Shown one piece after another: positions 63,558 through 64,000 of a stretch of DNA of 64,000 nt; within the stretch, counting starts at the first letter, position 1; each line of letters opens with the position of its first letter. The stretch lies in NCBI GenBank assembly GCA_965113315.1, contig OZ220372.1. One strand, written 5' to 3'. The position numbers were made by a program, and so were the translations under genes. This DNA is from Podarcis vaucheri (lineage: Eukaryota). The notes below the pieces were generated by a model. It had not been told where the DNA came from. It saw only the letters and a program-made list of their open reading frames with translations, and searched no databases.

Positions 63558-63919
63558 GGACGCGGGTGGCGCTGTGGGTAAAAGCCTCAGCGCCAGGGCT
63601 TGCCGATCAAAAGGTCGGCGGTTCGAATCCCCGCGGCGGGGTGCGCTCCCGCTGCTCGGTCCCAGCGCCTGCCAACCTAGCAGTTCGAAAGCACCCCCGG
63701 GTGCAAGTAGATAAATAGGTACCGCTTACCAGCGGGAAGGTAAACAGCGTTCCGTGTGCTGCGCTGGCTCGCCAGATGCAGCTTTGTCACGCTGGCCACG
63801 TGACCCGGAAGTGTCTCCGGACAGCGCTGGCCCCCGGCCTCTTGAGTGAGATGGGCGCACAAACCCCAGAGTCTGTCAAGACTGGCCCGTTCGGGCAGGG
63901 GTACCTTTACCTTTACCTT
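63558..63919 (+). mobile_element. Sauria SINE, full length, CpG-intact
   Basis: Typical head, B-box, core, (ACCTTT)n tail; TSD tacattcactcaa. Confidence 0.93.
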
Positions 63920-64000
63920 TACATTCACTCAAACGCACAAAATGAGAATGCTGCGTTGATTTTGGTCATGCACGAGAGTATTGCTTGAGGGAATGGATAT

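Overview
Vertebrate genomic DNA from a squamate, most likely a lacertid lizard (inferred from Sauria SINE, Bov-B and the MITE repertoire). It contains the 3' end of HMGA2 on the + strand (last intron, terminal coding exon EQTEETSSQESAEDD* at 7994-8041, and a ~3.35 kb 3'UTR with eight 7-8mer let-7 sites). It also contains the complete LLPH gene on the - strand (117 aa, two coding exons, CpG-island promoter at ~62.3-63.0 kb), in the convergent arrangement known from mammals. The ~48 kb between the genes is non-coding, with TA-flanked Tc1/mariner-type MITEs, hAT MITEs with 8-bp TSDs, Sauria SINEs, Bov-B/CR1/L2 fragments, putative solo LTRs, microsatellites and one 250-N gap. The most notable signals are: (1) two different minimal hammerhead-ribozyme motifs of Penelope-like-element type, one inside a perfect 90-bp-arm palindrome between (TA)n tracts; (2) a 1.08 kb MITE in the last HMGA2 intron whose interior is a 169-bp tandem array of self-complementary units; (3) a hAT MITE carrying tandem heptamer-octamer POU sites; (4) a double Bov-B insertion with a triplicated target site; (5) a CpG-rich ~690 bp insertion bounded by direct repeats. 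Almost all supplied ORFs are spurious. Gene and repeat family calls come from recognition of the sequence, not from database searches.
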